From assembly GCA_965248925.1 (NCBI GenBank), contig CBDFLE010000004.1:1-64000 (forward strand): a DNA stretch of 64,000 nucleotides, in the 5' to 3' direction. The notes beneath the pieces are model-generated. The model did no database searches. It saw only the letters and a list, made by a program, of their open reading frames with translations, and was not told the DNA's origin. Of this stretch, positions 29,342 to 38,389 are shown one piece after another (position 1 is the first letter of the stretch; every line of letters starts with the position of its first letter). The DNA is from Candidatus Multivoradales bacterium. Its GTDB lineage: Bacteria > Acidobacteriota > Thermoanaerobaculia > Multivoradales > J023. Both the position numbers and the translations under genes were made by a program.

Positions 29342-29423
29342 AGCGATCTCAACAGGATACCCCGCCGAACGAGTCAGCATCGAGATAGCCGGGCTTGTGG
29401 TCTCGCCGGCCCGCCTAGCGATC

Positions 29424-30830
29424 TTAGGGTTGGTGACCTTTGGGTCGGCGTTCGAGTTCGACGCCAAGTCGCGACATCTTACGGTACAGCGCTTGGCGTG
29501 ACATCGACAGGCGCTCCGCGGTTCGGGCCACGACGCCCTGTTCCTCGGCGAGGATCGCTAGCAGTTCCTGGCGCTCGGTGGTCTCGGAAGCGCTGAGGTC
29601 GACTTCCGGTGAAGAATGTTCGTCGACCAGCCCGAGGTGCAGAGCGCTAAGGTCTTGTCCACCGGCTACCAGCAGGGCGCGCTGGACCTTATTCTCCAGT
29701 TCGCGAACATTTCCGGGCCAGCCGTAGGCGAGCAGAGCTCGCTCGCCCTCGGCGGACAACTCAAGGGTCGGCTGACCTTCGCGGCGAGCGTAGACCTCGA
29801 TAAAGTGTCGGGCTAGTGGTAATACGTCGCGGCGGCGCTCAGCGAGTGCCGGGACGGCTAGCTCGACCACGTTGAGGCGGAAGAAGAGATCCTCGCGAAA
29901 GCGCCCGTCGGCCAGCGCTGTCGGCAGCTCGGCGTTGGTCGCCGACAAGATCCGCACATCGACCTGTTGGCGGCGGCTTGAGCCCAAGGGCTGGATTTCG
30001 CCGCTTTGGAGTACACGGAGCAGCTTCACTTGGCCGGCGGGTGACAGGGAGTCGATCTCGTCGAGAAATAGAGTGCCGCCATCGGCTGCTTTGAAAACCC
30101 CTTCTCGGGTTCCCTTTTGGCCGGTGTAGGAGCCCGCTGCCGCGCCGAAAAGCTCAGCCGCCATCAGATCCTCCGGGATCGCACCGACGTTGACCCGAAT
30201 AAACGGCTGGTCACGACGCCGCGAGTTGGCCTGGACGATTTCGGCAATTCGTTCTTTGCCCGACCCGGAGGGACCGGTGATCAAAATCGGCGCTGCTGAC
30301 GGAGCGACTTGGACGGCTAGCACGAGCAAACGGTGGAGCGCTTCGCTGGCGTAGACCAGGCCTCCGAGATCGTGGTCTTGAGCCAGCTCGGCGCGCGAGC
30401 CGTCGATCTCCTGACGCAGACGATCGTTCTCCGCTTCGAGTTGCCGCATACGCAGCAGATTCGAAACCGTGACCAGCAGCTGGTCGTCCTTCCAGGGCTT
30501 TTCCAGATAGTCCGCGGCCCCTTCGCGGACCAGCTCGACAGCAGTTTCGAGCGCCGCCCAGGCGGTGATCAGGACGATCGGCAGGCCGGGCTGAGCCGCC
30601 CGCAAGGCACGGAAGAGAGCGGCGCCCTCCTCGCCGGAGGTTTCGCGGCCGGTGAAGTTCATGTCTTGCACCACCACCCCGATCGGCTCATTTTGGACTA
30701 CTTGTAGGGCCTCTTGTGGGCTTGATGCTGCCACCGTCGGCAAGTCGTTCAGATCGAACAGAACTTCGAGCGCTCGCACCACCGCCGGTTGGTCGTCGAC
30801 GAGCAGGATCTTCAATGAGTTGGCCGTCAT
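29424..30830 (-). CDS. Sigma54-dependent NtrC-family response regulator
   Basis: Receiver DMNF, GPSGSGKE, LFLDEI, FREDLFFRL, WPGNVREL, Fis HTH. Confidence 0.95.
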   Translation of the reverse strand: MTANSLKILLVDDQPAVVRALEVLFDLNDLPTVAASSPQEALQVVQNEPIGVVVQDMNFTGRETSGEEGAALFRALRAAQPGLPIVLITAWAALETAVELVREGAADYLEKPWKDDQLLVTVSNLLRMRQLEAENDRLRQEIDGSRAELAQDHDLGGLVYASEALHRLLVLAVQVAPSAAPILITGPSGSGKERIAEIVQANSRRRDQPFIRVNVGAIPEDLMAAELFGAAAGSYTGQKGTREGVFKAADGGTLFLDEIDSLSPAGQVKLLRVLQSGEIQPLGSSRRQQVDVRILSATNAELPTALADGRFREDLFFRLNVVELAVPALAERRRDVLPLARHFIEVYARREGQPTLELSAEGERALLAYGWPGNVRELENKVQRALLVAGGQDLSALHLGLVDEHSSPEVDLSASETTERQELLAILAEEQGVVARTAERLSMSRQALYRKMSRLGVELERRPKGHQP

Positions 30831-30875
30831 GACTTGGTCAGGAGTTACTGATTTCCAAGGGTTGGCGCTGGTGGC

Positions 30876-32099
30876 TCAAACGGTCCGGGTGGCGGCTACC
30901 GGGGCGACCAGAGTGGCCCGCCAGGCGGGCAGCAGAGCGGCCAAGATGCCAGTGATCCAGAGCACCATCATGCCGCCAAGAATCAAGCTCCAGGGCATTT
31001 TGGGTGCTCCCGCGAACCTTCCCAGAAGGTAATTGAGACCGTAGGTCATGGCCACTCCAATCGCCAGGCCACACCCGGTGATCATCCAGTTTTCGAGCAG
31101 AAAATAGCCCAGGATTTCACCCCGAGAGGCGCCCAGGGCGCGCCGCGTGCCGATTTGCCGCCGCCGCTCGGCGACGGTGAAGGCGGTCAGTCCGACTATA
31201 CCTAGCGCGGTGACCAAAAGAAGCAGGGCGATGACGATCGACAGCAGCTTGACCATGGCGAGCTGGGTGTTGAAAGTCTGTTGCTTGTTCTCGACCATCG
31301 TTTCGAGGCGCAGAATGCGGCCCTCGTTGGCGCCGAGCATGAGGGGCTCGAGCGATCCGAAAACGGCTTCCAAGGCGCCTGCTTCGGTGCGGATCAGGTA
31401 GTTCATCGTAGATGCGCTACCTGGGCTGGCGGGCAGTAGCATCGTCCAGTCTCGGCCCTCTTGCCAGCTCGGCCACGAGTTCGGCAGCTTGCGGACGATA
31501 CCGATGATCGGATTGGTGATCTTGCCGTTGCCGTTCTGAATGGTGCCGCCCAGCGCGTTGCCGTCTGGGAAGAGGGCGTTGGCCAATGCCTCGGACAGAA
31601 TCACTGGCCGGTGAACGGCAATGCCGTCTTCGTCCTGTTGGTATTCGAAATCGGCGGCTGTGAAATCACGACCGGCGATCAACTCGGCGCCGAGGGTATC
31701 GATCATCCCCGCCGAAACCAGGAAATAAGGCGCATTGTGGGAATCGAGCTCAGAGCCCAAGACCTTGCGTCCGGTGGCGCTGCCGCCGCCGGACAAGGGA
31801 ATCTGGTGAGTGGCGACGGCGGCCCTGACTCCGGGCTGGGCGCGGAGCAGCTCGAGGTCGGAGCGGCGGACTTCGTCGACGTAGTCCTGGTCGCGGAAGT
31901 CAGTTTCGAAAGGCTCCGTCCAGAGGACAATGATGTTGTCCTCGTCGATCCCGGTCTCGTGATCGTACTTGCTCTGCAAATCGTTCATCATGTTGACGCA
32001 ATTGGCAACGATGGCGAGGGTCAGGGCTACTTCGAGAGTGATCAACCAGAAACGCGCCTTATGATACATCAAGGCGCGGAATATGGGTCCAAAATGCAT
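30876..32099 (-). CDS. MacB/FtsX-family ABC permease
   Basis: RRRQIGTRRALGAS, 4-TM topology with a large periplasmic domain. Confidence 0.92.
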   Translation of the reverse strand: MHFGPIFRALMYHKARFWLITLEVALTLAIVANCVNMMNDLQSKYDHETGIDEDNIIVLWTEPFETDFRDQDYVDEVRRSDLELLRAQPGVRAAVATHQIPLSGGGSATGRKVLGSELDSHNAPYFLVSAGMIDTLGAELIAGRDFTAADFEYQQDEDGIAVHRPVILSEALANALFPDGNALGGTIQNGNGKITNPIIGIVRKLPNSWPSWQEGRDWTMLLPASPGSASTMNYLIRTEAGALEAVFGSLEPLMLGANEGRILRLETMVENKQQTFNTQLAMVKLLSIVIALLLLVTALGIVGLTAFTVAERRRQIGTRRALGASRGEILGYFLLENWMITGCGLAIGVAMTYGLNYLLGRFAGAPKMPWSLILGGMMVLWITGILAALLPAWRATLVAPVAATRTV

Positions 32100-32126
32100 T
32101 GTAAGTCTCCTCTTGAATCCGCGGCG

Positions 32127-33440
32127 CTACTGGATTTTCAGGTAGGTTGCTGGCGCTACCCGACAGATTCTCCAAGAAGGATAGAGACCGGCGATCAAAC
32201 CGGCCACCAGCGACAGAAACAAACCGGCCAAGATCATCCTGGCGTCGAGGTGAAAGTCCATGTTGTCGCCGAATAGGCGGTTGATTCCGGCCAGGGCCAC
32301 TAACGACAGCCCGAGACCGAGCGTGCCTCCGAGAACGCCGATCAGCTCACATTCGACCAAGTGTTGCGTAAAGACCGAGGACCGGCTGGCGCCCAGCGCC
32401 CGCCGCACGCCGATCTCCGGCGCTCGGGCGAGGAACTTGCCAAGCAAGATACCGATCAAATTGACCGAGCAAACGATCAGGAAGAGAAGCCCGACGATCA
32501 GCATGGTGCGGGCTTCGTCTGGTGTCGCCTCTTGCTCGTCGAGCCATTCCATGACAGATGGCAACCGGTTGTTGAGCGGTCGTTGGAAGCGGCCCGCCGC
32601 ACGCTGTTCTAGAGCCCAAGCATCGAGGTAGCTCTGGTAGGCCTGCTTCTGTTCGGCGGTATCGAGCTGCACCCACATCTGCAGCCAGATGCTCTCCGAG
32701 GCCAAGTTATCCTCGAAAGTGTTGCCGGCCTGGTACTTCCAACCGTTGTCGTTGCCAGCGGTGCTGATCTCCATTGGCCTGGTCAACGACAATGGAAGAA
32801 AGAGCGCTTCGGGATTTTGGAAAGTGTTATTGGTCAAGTCATAGAACTTCACGGTCGGGTTCCACGGCTTGAGGACGCCAACCACGGTGAAGGTGCGGTC
32901 TTCGATGCGCACTGAATTACCCACCGAGTCTTCGCCGCCGAAGAGCTTTAAGTTGGAGGCGTGATCGAGTACTACAACAGTCTCGGCGTTGCGATCGGCG
33001 TCGGCATTCCAGGCGCCGCCGAAGGCGAACGGAATCTCAAAGAGATCGAAGAAGTCGGCGGTACAGAGGCGGCTGAGAGAACGATAGGGTCGCCGGCCTT
33101 CGCCTGCCGGATGAATCGTCAGATCGGCTTTGAACATGGCACTCTGAGCGGTTGGAATGCCAGAGGCCATGGCGCCTTGAGAATCCATCCAAGTGAGCTG
33201 GTCAGGCGGCTGCTCCGGTCGATCTGAGTCGTAAGGGCCGTCAGGGCTCCAAGCGTCCATTTGAACGTAGAACAAGCGGTCGCTTTTCTCCGGAATGGGA
33301 TCTTGCTCGATCAGGTAGTACGCCGCCACGGACGACGTCGAAACCGCGACCCCGAGACCAATGCCGAGGACCAATAGGATCGACAGCACCGGTGTCCGCA
33401 GCATGCTTTTCCAAGCGATGCGAAGTTGGTAAGCGAACAT
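32127..33440 (-). CDS. MacB/FtsX-family ABC permease
   Basis: EIGVRRALGAS, AGLYPSWR. ATG 33440 follows GAGGAG. Confidence 0.92.
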   Translation of the reverse strand: MFAYQLRIAWKSMLRTPVLSILLVLGIGLGVAVSTSSVAAYYLIEQDPIPEKSDRLFYVQMDAWSPDGPYDSDRPEQPPDQLTWMDSQGAMASGIPTAQSAMFKADLTIHPAGEGRRPYRSLSRLCTADFFDLFEIPFAFGGAWNADADRNAETVVVLDHASNLKLFGGEDSVGNSVRIEDRTFTVVGVLKPWNPTVKFYDLTNNTFQNPEALFLPLSLTRPMEISTAGNDNGWKYQAGNTFEDNLASESIWLQMWVQLDTAEQKQAYQSYLDAWALEQRAAGRFQRPLNNRLPSVMEWLDEQEATPDEARTMLIVGLLFLIVCSVNLIGILLGKFLARAPEIGVRRALGASRSSVFTQHLVECELIGVLGGTLGLGLSLVALAGINRLFGDNMDFHLDARMILAGLFLSLVAGLIAGLYPSWRICRVAPATYLKIQ

Positions 33441-33450
33441 AGCTTCTCCT

Positions 33451-34185
33451 CTAGACCCGAACGCGGGGTTCGGGAGCGATGATCTCGGGGCGGTAGAGCG
33501 GCGTTGGCCTTTCTTGCTGATCGACATCGAGCAGGCGACCATCGAGCACATAGAGCTGACGCCCGGCGCGCGCTGCCATCTCAGGGTCATGAGTTACCAC
33601 CACCACGGTGGCGCCAATCTGATTGACTTTCTCGAGCAGGTCGCGGATCTCGTTGGCCATCGCCGTATCCAGGTTTCCTGTGGGCTCGTCGGCGAGAATC
33701 AACTGCGGTTTGCCGACCAGGGCCCGCGCCACCGCCACTCGCTGCTGCTGGCCGCCGGAAAGTTGCGACGGGTGGTGATGAATGCGCGACGACAGCCCGA
33801 CGATGTCCAGAGCTTCTTCGATCGCGGCTTTGCGATCGCGGGCGCCGACGCCGCGGTAGCGTAGCGGCACGTCGATGTTGTCGAAGACGTCGAGATCCGG
33901 AATCAGATTAAAGCTCTGAAAAACAAAGCCGATCTTCTCGTTGCGGATGCGCGACATCTGTCGGTCGGAGAGCCGCGACACGTCCGCGCCGTCGAGCTCA
34001 TAGGTGCCCTCTTCAAAGGTGTCGAGTAGCCCGACCACGTTCAGTAAGGTGGTTTTGCCCGAGCCCGAGGGACCCATCACCGAGACGAATTCACCGCTAT
34101 CGATTTTGACCGACAAACCAGCCAGGGCGTGGGTCTCTACATGTTCCGTACGGTAGATCTTTCGAACGCTCTTCAGGTGGATCAT
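33451..34185 (-). CDS. ABC transporter ATP-binding protein (LolD/MacB-like)
   Basis: [25 protein letters not shown]. Confidence 0.96.
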   Translation of the reverse strand: MIHLKSVRKIYRTEHVETHALAGLSVKIDSGEFVSVMGPSGSGKTTLLNVVGLLDTFEEGTYELDGADVSRLSDRQMSRIRNEKIGFVFQSFNLIPDLDVFDNIDVPLRYRGVGARDRKAAIEEALDIVGLSSRIHHHPSQLSGGQQQRVAVARALVGKPQLILADEPTGNLDTAMANEIRDLLEKVNQIGATVVVVTHDPEMAARAGRQLYVLDGRLLDVDQQERPTPLYRPEIIAPEPRVRV

Positions 34186-34283
34186 GCCCTCGTTCTCCTT
34201 CGCTTGCCGGTGCTGCCGGCGACGCTCACTTCTGGTAAACAGCTCAGATTTCTAAACCCATCTGGCAAGCTTGTTCTCGATCA

Positions 34284-35546
34284 CTAGTCGCGAACCAAAA
34301 CCCTTTCGGCGTCTTCGAAGCGCCGGGTGTCGGAGACGATGATGCGCTCGCCGACGGTCAGCCCACTGAGGATCTCGACCTCGGCAACCGACAAGGCGCC
34401 AATCTCCACCGTTCTGAGGACCGCCACGCCATCGGCGAGGACGTAAACAGCGCGCCCGCCACCGGCTTCGAGGAACGGTCCGCGCGGTACTTTGAGAACA
34501 TCCTCGTAGGTGTTGAGCACCAATCGGACCGAGACCCGTTGGTTCTGTTTCAGGCCGTTGGGGGATTCGCCGTCGAAGACGACGATCGCCGGTACTCGGT
34601 TGCCTTCGATCTGCGGCGCGATGCTCTTGACGCTGCCCGCCCACTGCCGACTGGCATAAGTGATCACCGCCGGCGTACCGGGCCGGGCATCGTCGGCGTA
34701 AGCTTCTGGGACGGGAACTTCGACTTCGAAGGCCGAGAGGTCGACAATCGTCACCAGCGCTTGGCTCTGGGCGACGGTGTCGCGATCAGTGGCTTCGACT
34801 CGGGCCACCAGACCATCGACTGGCGCCCGCAGAGTGAGCTCATCGACCTGGCGCTCGAACTCCTCGACCGCTAGCCGCTGGCGCTCGACTCGTGCTTGAC
34901 GATCACGGGTTTCGAAACCGAAGCGCTCGTCATCGAACCCGGTTTGATTGCGAGCTGCCACCAGGCGCATCTCAGCGACCGTTACGCCGTCTTCAGCCGC
35001 TTCGAGCTGAACCTTGTTGACCAAGCCCTCGACCTCTAACAAGCGCTGCCGCGTGAGAGCCTTTCGGGCCGCTTCGAGCTCGACCGAACGCAGGGCGCTG
35101 GCTGCCTCGTTGCGCAGCCGGGATTGCTTGGCCTGCACCCGTTGGCGTTCGAGGTCAGCGCGCAGCGACAGTAGGGTGGATTGTTCCTGCTGCAACAAGC
35201 TCCGGACCTGCGGGCTCTCCACTTCGACCAAGGCGGCGCCAGCCGTCACGACTTCACCAACCCTGACCCGCACTCGCACCGTACCGGCAGCCGGACTGGA
35301 GAGGGTTGGCGAGAACGCCGCGACCACCTGTCCCTGGACGGCTACCTCGCGGACAAGATCGCCGCGGGTGACTTTGCCAATTCGCACGCGGCTCGAGTCG
35401 ACCGAAGTCTCCGAAGTCGCCCAACGCCGCACCGGGGGGTAAGCGAGCGCCGCCAGGAGGCCGATGGCTAGAATCCCAATGACCCAGCGCCATTTCGTTG
35501 GACCTCTTTCAACCGCCCGGTCCATTTCTGCTGTGCTTTTGATCAT
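34284..35546 (-). CDS. Efflux periplasmic adaptor (MacA/HlyD family)
   Basis: N-terminal TM, lipoyl halves SSPAAGTV / RAPVDGLV, long coiled coil. ATG 35546 follows GAGGA. Confidence 0.92.
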   Translation of the reverse strand: MIKSTAEMDRAVERGPTKWRWVIGILAIGLLAALAYPPVRRWATSETSVDSSRVRIGKVTRGDLVREVAVQGQVVAAFSPTLSSPAAGTVRVRVRVGEVVTAGAALVEVESPQVRSLLQQEQSTLLSLRADLERQRVQAKQSRLRNEAASALRSVELEAARKALTRQRLLEVEGLVNKVQLEAAEDGVTVAEMRLVAARNQTGFDDERFGFETRDRQARVERQRLAVEEFERQVDELTLRAPVDGLVARVEATDRDTVAQSQALVTIVDLSAFEVEVPVPEAYADDARPGTPAVITYASRQWAGSVKSIAPQIEGNRVPAIVVFDGESPNGLKQNQRVSVRLVLNTYEDVLKVPRGPFLEAGGGRAVYVLADGVAVLRTVEIGALSVAEVEILSGLTVGERIIVSDTRRFEDAERVLVRD

Positions 35547-35573
35547 CGTGTTCGTCCTCTTGCTGATCACAAC

Positions 35574-35589
35574 AGCAACTCTTGTGCCA
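35574..35589 (-). promoter_or_regulatory. Sigma54 -24/-12 promoter of the efflux operon
   Basis: TGGCAC-AAGAG-TTGCT, a consensus match. Confidence 0.88.
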
Positions 35590-35607
35590 CTACCCGGAGC
35601 TGGATGG

Positions 35608-35706
35608 TAAGTATTTATTTTCAGTCACTTGAAGAAACCTAGAGGGCCTGGGCGGCAGCCCGCTCGGACGAGTGTCCGGCAACCACCCGGACACCTGTCC
35701 GGTTGC
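35608..35706. promoter_or_regulatory. IHF-like AT tract and enhancer (UAS) palindromes
   Basis: TAAGTATTTATTTTCAGTCACTT (35608-35630). GTGTCCGG-N7-CCGGACAC (35672-35694) with additional CGGAC/TGTCCG half sites. Confidence 0.6.
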
Positions 35707-35820
35707 CGCGCTGTGGCCATCGAAGGCAGCGCGAGGCGCTTTCTTTGCCTTGTGATATTTTGCTTTCGCAGGCGTCCTGGGCGGGGCGGTTTGTCCGCCG
35801 AGGGGCAGTACTAAACCATC

Positions 35821-35933
35821 AGAGGCCGCACTGGGATGCAGGGAAGTGGAGAAAAAATTCCGCCGCCCCGCGACTGTCAGCGTCACCTTCGGGTAGGCGT
35901 GAGCCAGATTCCTCGCCCCCTCCCAGATACCTC
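35821..35933 (+). ncRNA. Cobalamin riboswitch-like aptamer (short class)
   Basis: GGGAA(P3)-GTGGAG/TTCCGC(P4)-CGCCCCGCGACTGT(P5/P6)-GCGTCACC-TTCG-GGTAGGCGT-GAGCCAGATTCCT (B12-box-like). Closing CTGGGA/TCCCAG. Confidence 0.7.
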
Positions 35934-36450
35934 GTCCCCCCCAAGAAGGTGCCCCCCCAAGAAGGGCCGGTGGCATGAGCAAAGGGGACGCAAAACGTTC
36001 AGGCAATCTTGCGGTGGAGGGCGAGAAACTTTGATAACCCCAGTAAGAGGGCGCCATCCTCTTGAACGGCTCGGAATTACCCCGCAAGGTCTGGTGGGAT
36101 CGGCCTCCCAGCAACCCCGCCTTCCGCCGCCTTTCTGAGCAGCTAGGATCAGTCGTAGAAGGTGACTGATTTTGGCTGAAAACGCGGAGCGGCCGCGCCC
36201 TCGTCGGAGCAGGGCGTCTTGGCAAGGAAGTGATACGGCAGATGAAATACCGACATCAACAGCGGCGGGCGTCGACGGACTCTTCCTACGCTCGAGAAGG
36301 CCCAGGAAACCCACCCCTTGTGGGGGCAGGAAATCTGACTAAGTAGAGGTTTCGGAAACTAAACAAGCGCCTGAAAACAGGCGTGTTGCTCTTCGTCCCG
36401 CCAGGGACGTCACACCATAGCGAGGGATTTCAATCCCTCGTGGACCTACA
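35933..36450 (+). ncRNA. Large structured noncoding RNA, GOLLD-like
   Basis: Ten or more helices, with G-U wobbles only on the + strand. Loop-E AGUA/GAA motifs and a 3' hairpin GCGAGGGAT-TTCA-ATCCCTCGT. No credible ORF. The GOLLD identity is from recalled similarity, not a search. Confidence 0.6.
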
Positions 36451-36466
36451 AATCCTCTTCGATCAC

Positions 36467-38185
36467 CTACTCCGCCACGTCGGCCAGCGCCGCCAACCGC
36501 GCGGCTTCAAACTCATCGCCCTGGTTCCAAGTCGGCATCTGATCCGCGTTGGCGATGTGCAGACCGGCAAAGAAGCCGGCACGGGTATCTTCGATGACCC
36601 CATCCCAGACCCAATGGTCTTCGAGTTCGTCGCTAGGCTGGTGGTAGTCGATCTCGGTCCAGCGCTCCATGGTGGCCAGCACCGAGCCGTCCGGGTCGTC
36701 GCGGAAATCGACGCCGCCATCGAAATAGATCGCCGGCACGCCGATCTTCGCCAGGTTGAACTGATCGGAGCGGTAGAAGTAACCCCGATCCGGGTGCTGG
36801 TCGCCGACCACGGTGCGGTCTTGGCGCGCCGCCACCGCCTCGACCACTGCGTCGAGACTGCTCTTGCCATAGCCGATGAAGGGCAGATCGCGAGTGCGGC
36901 CCCAGATGTTGGCGCCGTCGAAGTTCAGGTTGGCGGCCAGCCGACCGGGGTGGACGCTGGGGTGAGCGGAGTAGTGTTTCGAGCCCAGCAGACCTTGCTC
37001 TTCCGCGGCGACGAAAGCAAACAGGATCGACCGTCGCGGCGCCTGCGGTAGCTCGCTGAAGGCCTTGGCGATCGCCAGCACGGTGGCGGTGCCGGCCGCG
37101 TTGTCGAGGGCGCCGTTGTAGATTCCGTCGCCGGTGTCGTCGGCCTTGCCGATGCCGAGGTGGTCGTGATGAGCGGTGAAGATCACCACCTCTTCGGCGA
37201 GTTCCGGGTCGCTGCCGGGCAGCAGACCCAGCACGTTGGCGGTCTCGGCGCCGGGGTTGATCTTGTTGACCAGCTCGAGCGAGGTGGTCAGGCCCAGGGG
37301 CACCGGGGCGAAGTCGGGGGATTTGGCGCTCTCGATCAACTGTTCGAGGTCGTGGCCGGCGGCCTGCATCAGCTTGCCGGCGGCATCCCAACTCACCCAG
37401 GCTTCGACCGGAACGCGGGGTTCGTCGCCGGCCGGCAGCTGGAACTGCTCGCCGGTCCAGGAGGTCTGCACCACCTGGAAGGGATAGCCGGCCGAGGGGG
37501 TGGTGTGGATGATGATCGCACCGGCCGCGCCCTGGCGGGCGGCGCTCTCATATTTGTAGGTCCAGCGGCCGTAGTAGAGCCGGCGATCACCTTGGAAGAG
37601 CTCAGGATCCCAATCCGGGTCGTTGTTGAGTATCACCAAGGTCTTGCCGCTCAGGTCAGTCCCTTGGAAATCGTCCCAGCCGTATTCCGGCGCCTCGATG
37701 CCGTAGCCGACGAAGACCAACTCGGAGTCGCTGATCACTGAACGCTCTTGTTGGATACCGCTGCCGGCGATGAACTCGTCCCAAAAAGCTAGATCGATGG
37801 TCTTGCCGTCGGTGCTGGAGAAGGACCAGGTGTCGGGGGCCGTGGTGTCGATGCCGACCAGCTGGAAACTCTGTTCCCAGCTGCCATCGCTGCCGCCGGG
37901 CTCGAGGCCCAAAGCTTGTAGCTCTTGGATCAGGTAGTGGCGGGTTTTGGCGTCGCCGGCGCTGCCCGGTCCTCGACCCTCGTAGCTGTCGTTGCCGAGT
38001 TCGGCAATCGGCGCCCGCAGCAGCTCGGCGGTGATCACCTCGGCGGCCTGCTCGGCGCCCTCGGGGACGATCAGCAAAAATGGGTCGGGCTTGGTGGTCG
38101 GCTCGCTCGGTGCCTCGGCCGGGGTGCAAGCCTGAGTCGTGGCCAGCAGCAGGGCCAGCATCGGGTAGCTGATTAGGTGAGTCAC
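36467..38185 (-). CDS. M28-family peptidase with PA domain, probable lipoprotein
   Basis: EGRGPG, YYGRWTYKYE, TAHHDHLG, NGALDNAAG, AEEQGLLGS, RSDQF, YHQPSD. Confidence 0.93.
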   Translation of the reverse strand: MTHLISYPMLALLLATTQACTPAEAPSEPTTKPDPFLLIVPEGAEQAAEVITAELLRAPIAELGNDSYEGRGPGSAGDAKTRHYLIQELQALGLEPGGSDGSWEQSFQLVGIDTTAPDTWSFSSTDGKTIDLAFWDEFIAGSGIQQERSVISDSELVFVGYGIEAPEYGWDDFQGTDLSGKTLVILNNDPDWDPELFQGDRRLYYGRWTYKYESAARQGAAGAIIIHTTPSAGYPFQVVQTSWTGEQFQLPAGDEPRVPVEAWVSWDAAGKLMQAAGHDLEQLIESAKSPDFAPVPLGLTTSLELVNKINPGAETANVLGLLPGSDPELAEEVVIFTAHHDHLGIGKADDTGDGIYNGALDNAAGTATVLAIAKAFSELPQAPRRSILFAFVAAEEQGLLGSKHYSAHPSVHPGRLAANLNFDGANIWGRTRDLPFIGYGKSSLDAVVEAVAARQDRTVVGDQHPDRGYFYRSDQFNLAKIGVPAIYFDGGVDFRDDPDGSVLATMERWTEIDYHQPSDELEDHWVWDGVIEDTRAGFFAGLHIANADQMPTWNQGDEFEAARLAALADVAE

Positions 38186-38389
38186 CGCGCCTCTACGCTG
38201 TTGGCGACGGTGCAATCCGGGAAGACGGTCGGAATCGGCCATCGGAGTCTCCTATAGGGTGTTTCTGTAGGGTGTTTTGGGGAAGTCGTCGGGGCCTGTG
38301 AACTGGCGGCGGAGACGGTGATACTAGCAGTGGTGCTCCGTCTTTTCAGGATTGGCGCGGTGACCAGGCGCGAAGGATAGAATCCCGGA

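Noticed and set aside
35547-35570. GTG 35570 as start of the efflux adaptor
   Set aside because: It lies upstream of the predicted sigma54 TSS. ATG 35546 has an RBS.
35590-36314. ORFs 35590-36225 (-), 35883-36314 (-), 35836-36138 (+), 35703-35978 (+)
   Set aside because: Low-complexity R/P/G/S translations with no recognisable domain or RBS. They overlap the promoter and RNA structure.
36410-36450. tRNA or tmRNA 3' end (T-arm-like hairpin)
   Set aside because: No acceptor stem or CCA, no D or anticodon arms, no tmRNA 5' GGGG end or tag reading frame. Better explained as the end of the large ncRNA.
35821-36450. RNase P RNA, group I or group II intron
   Set aside because: No GAGGAAAGUCC/ACAGAA..CGGC motifs, no P7 GACUA/UAGUC pair, no domain V, and no interrupted host gene.
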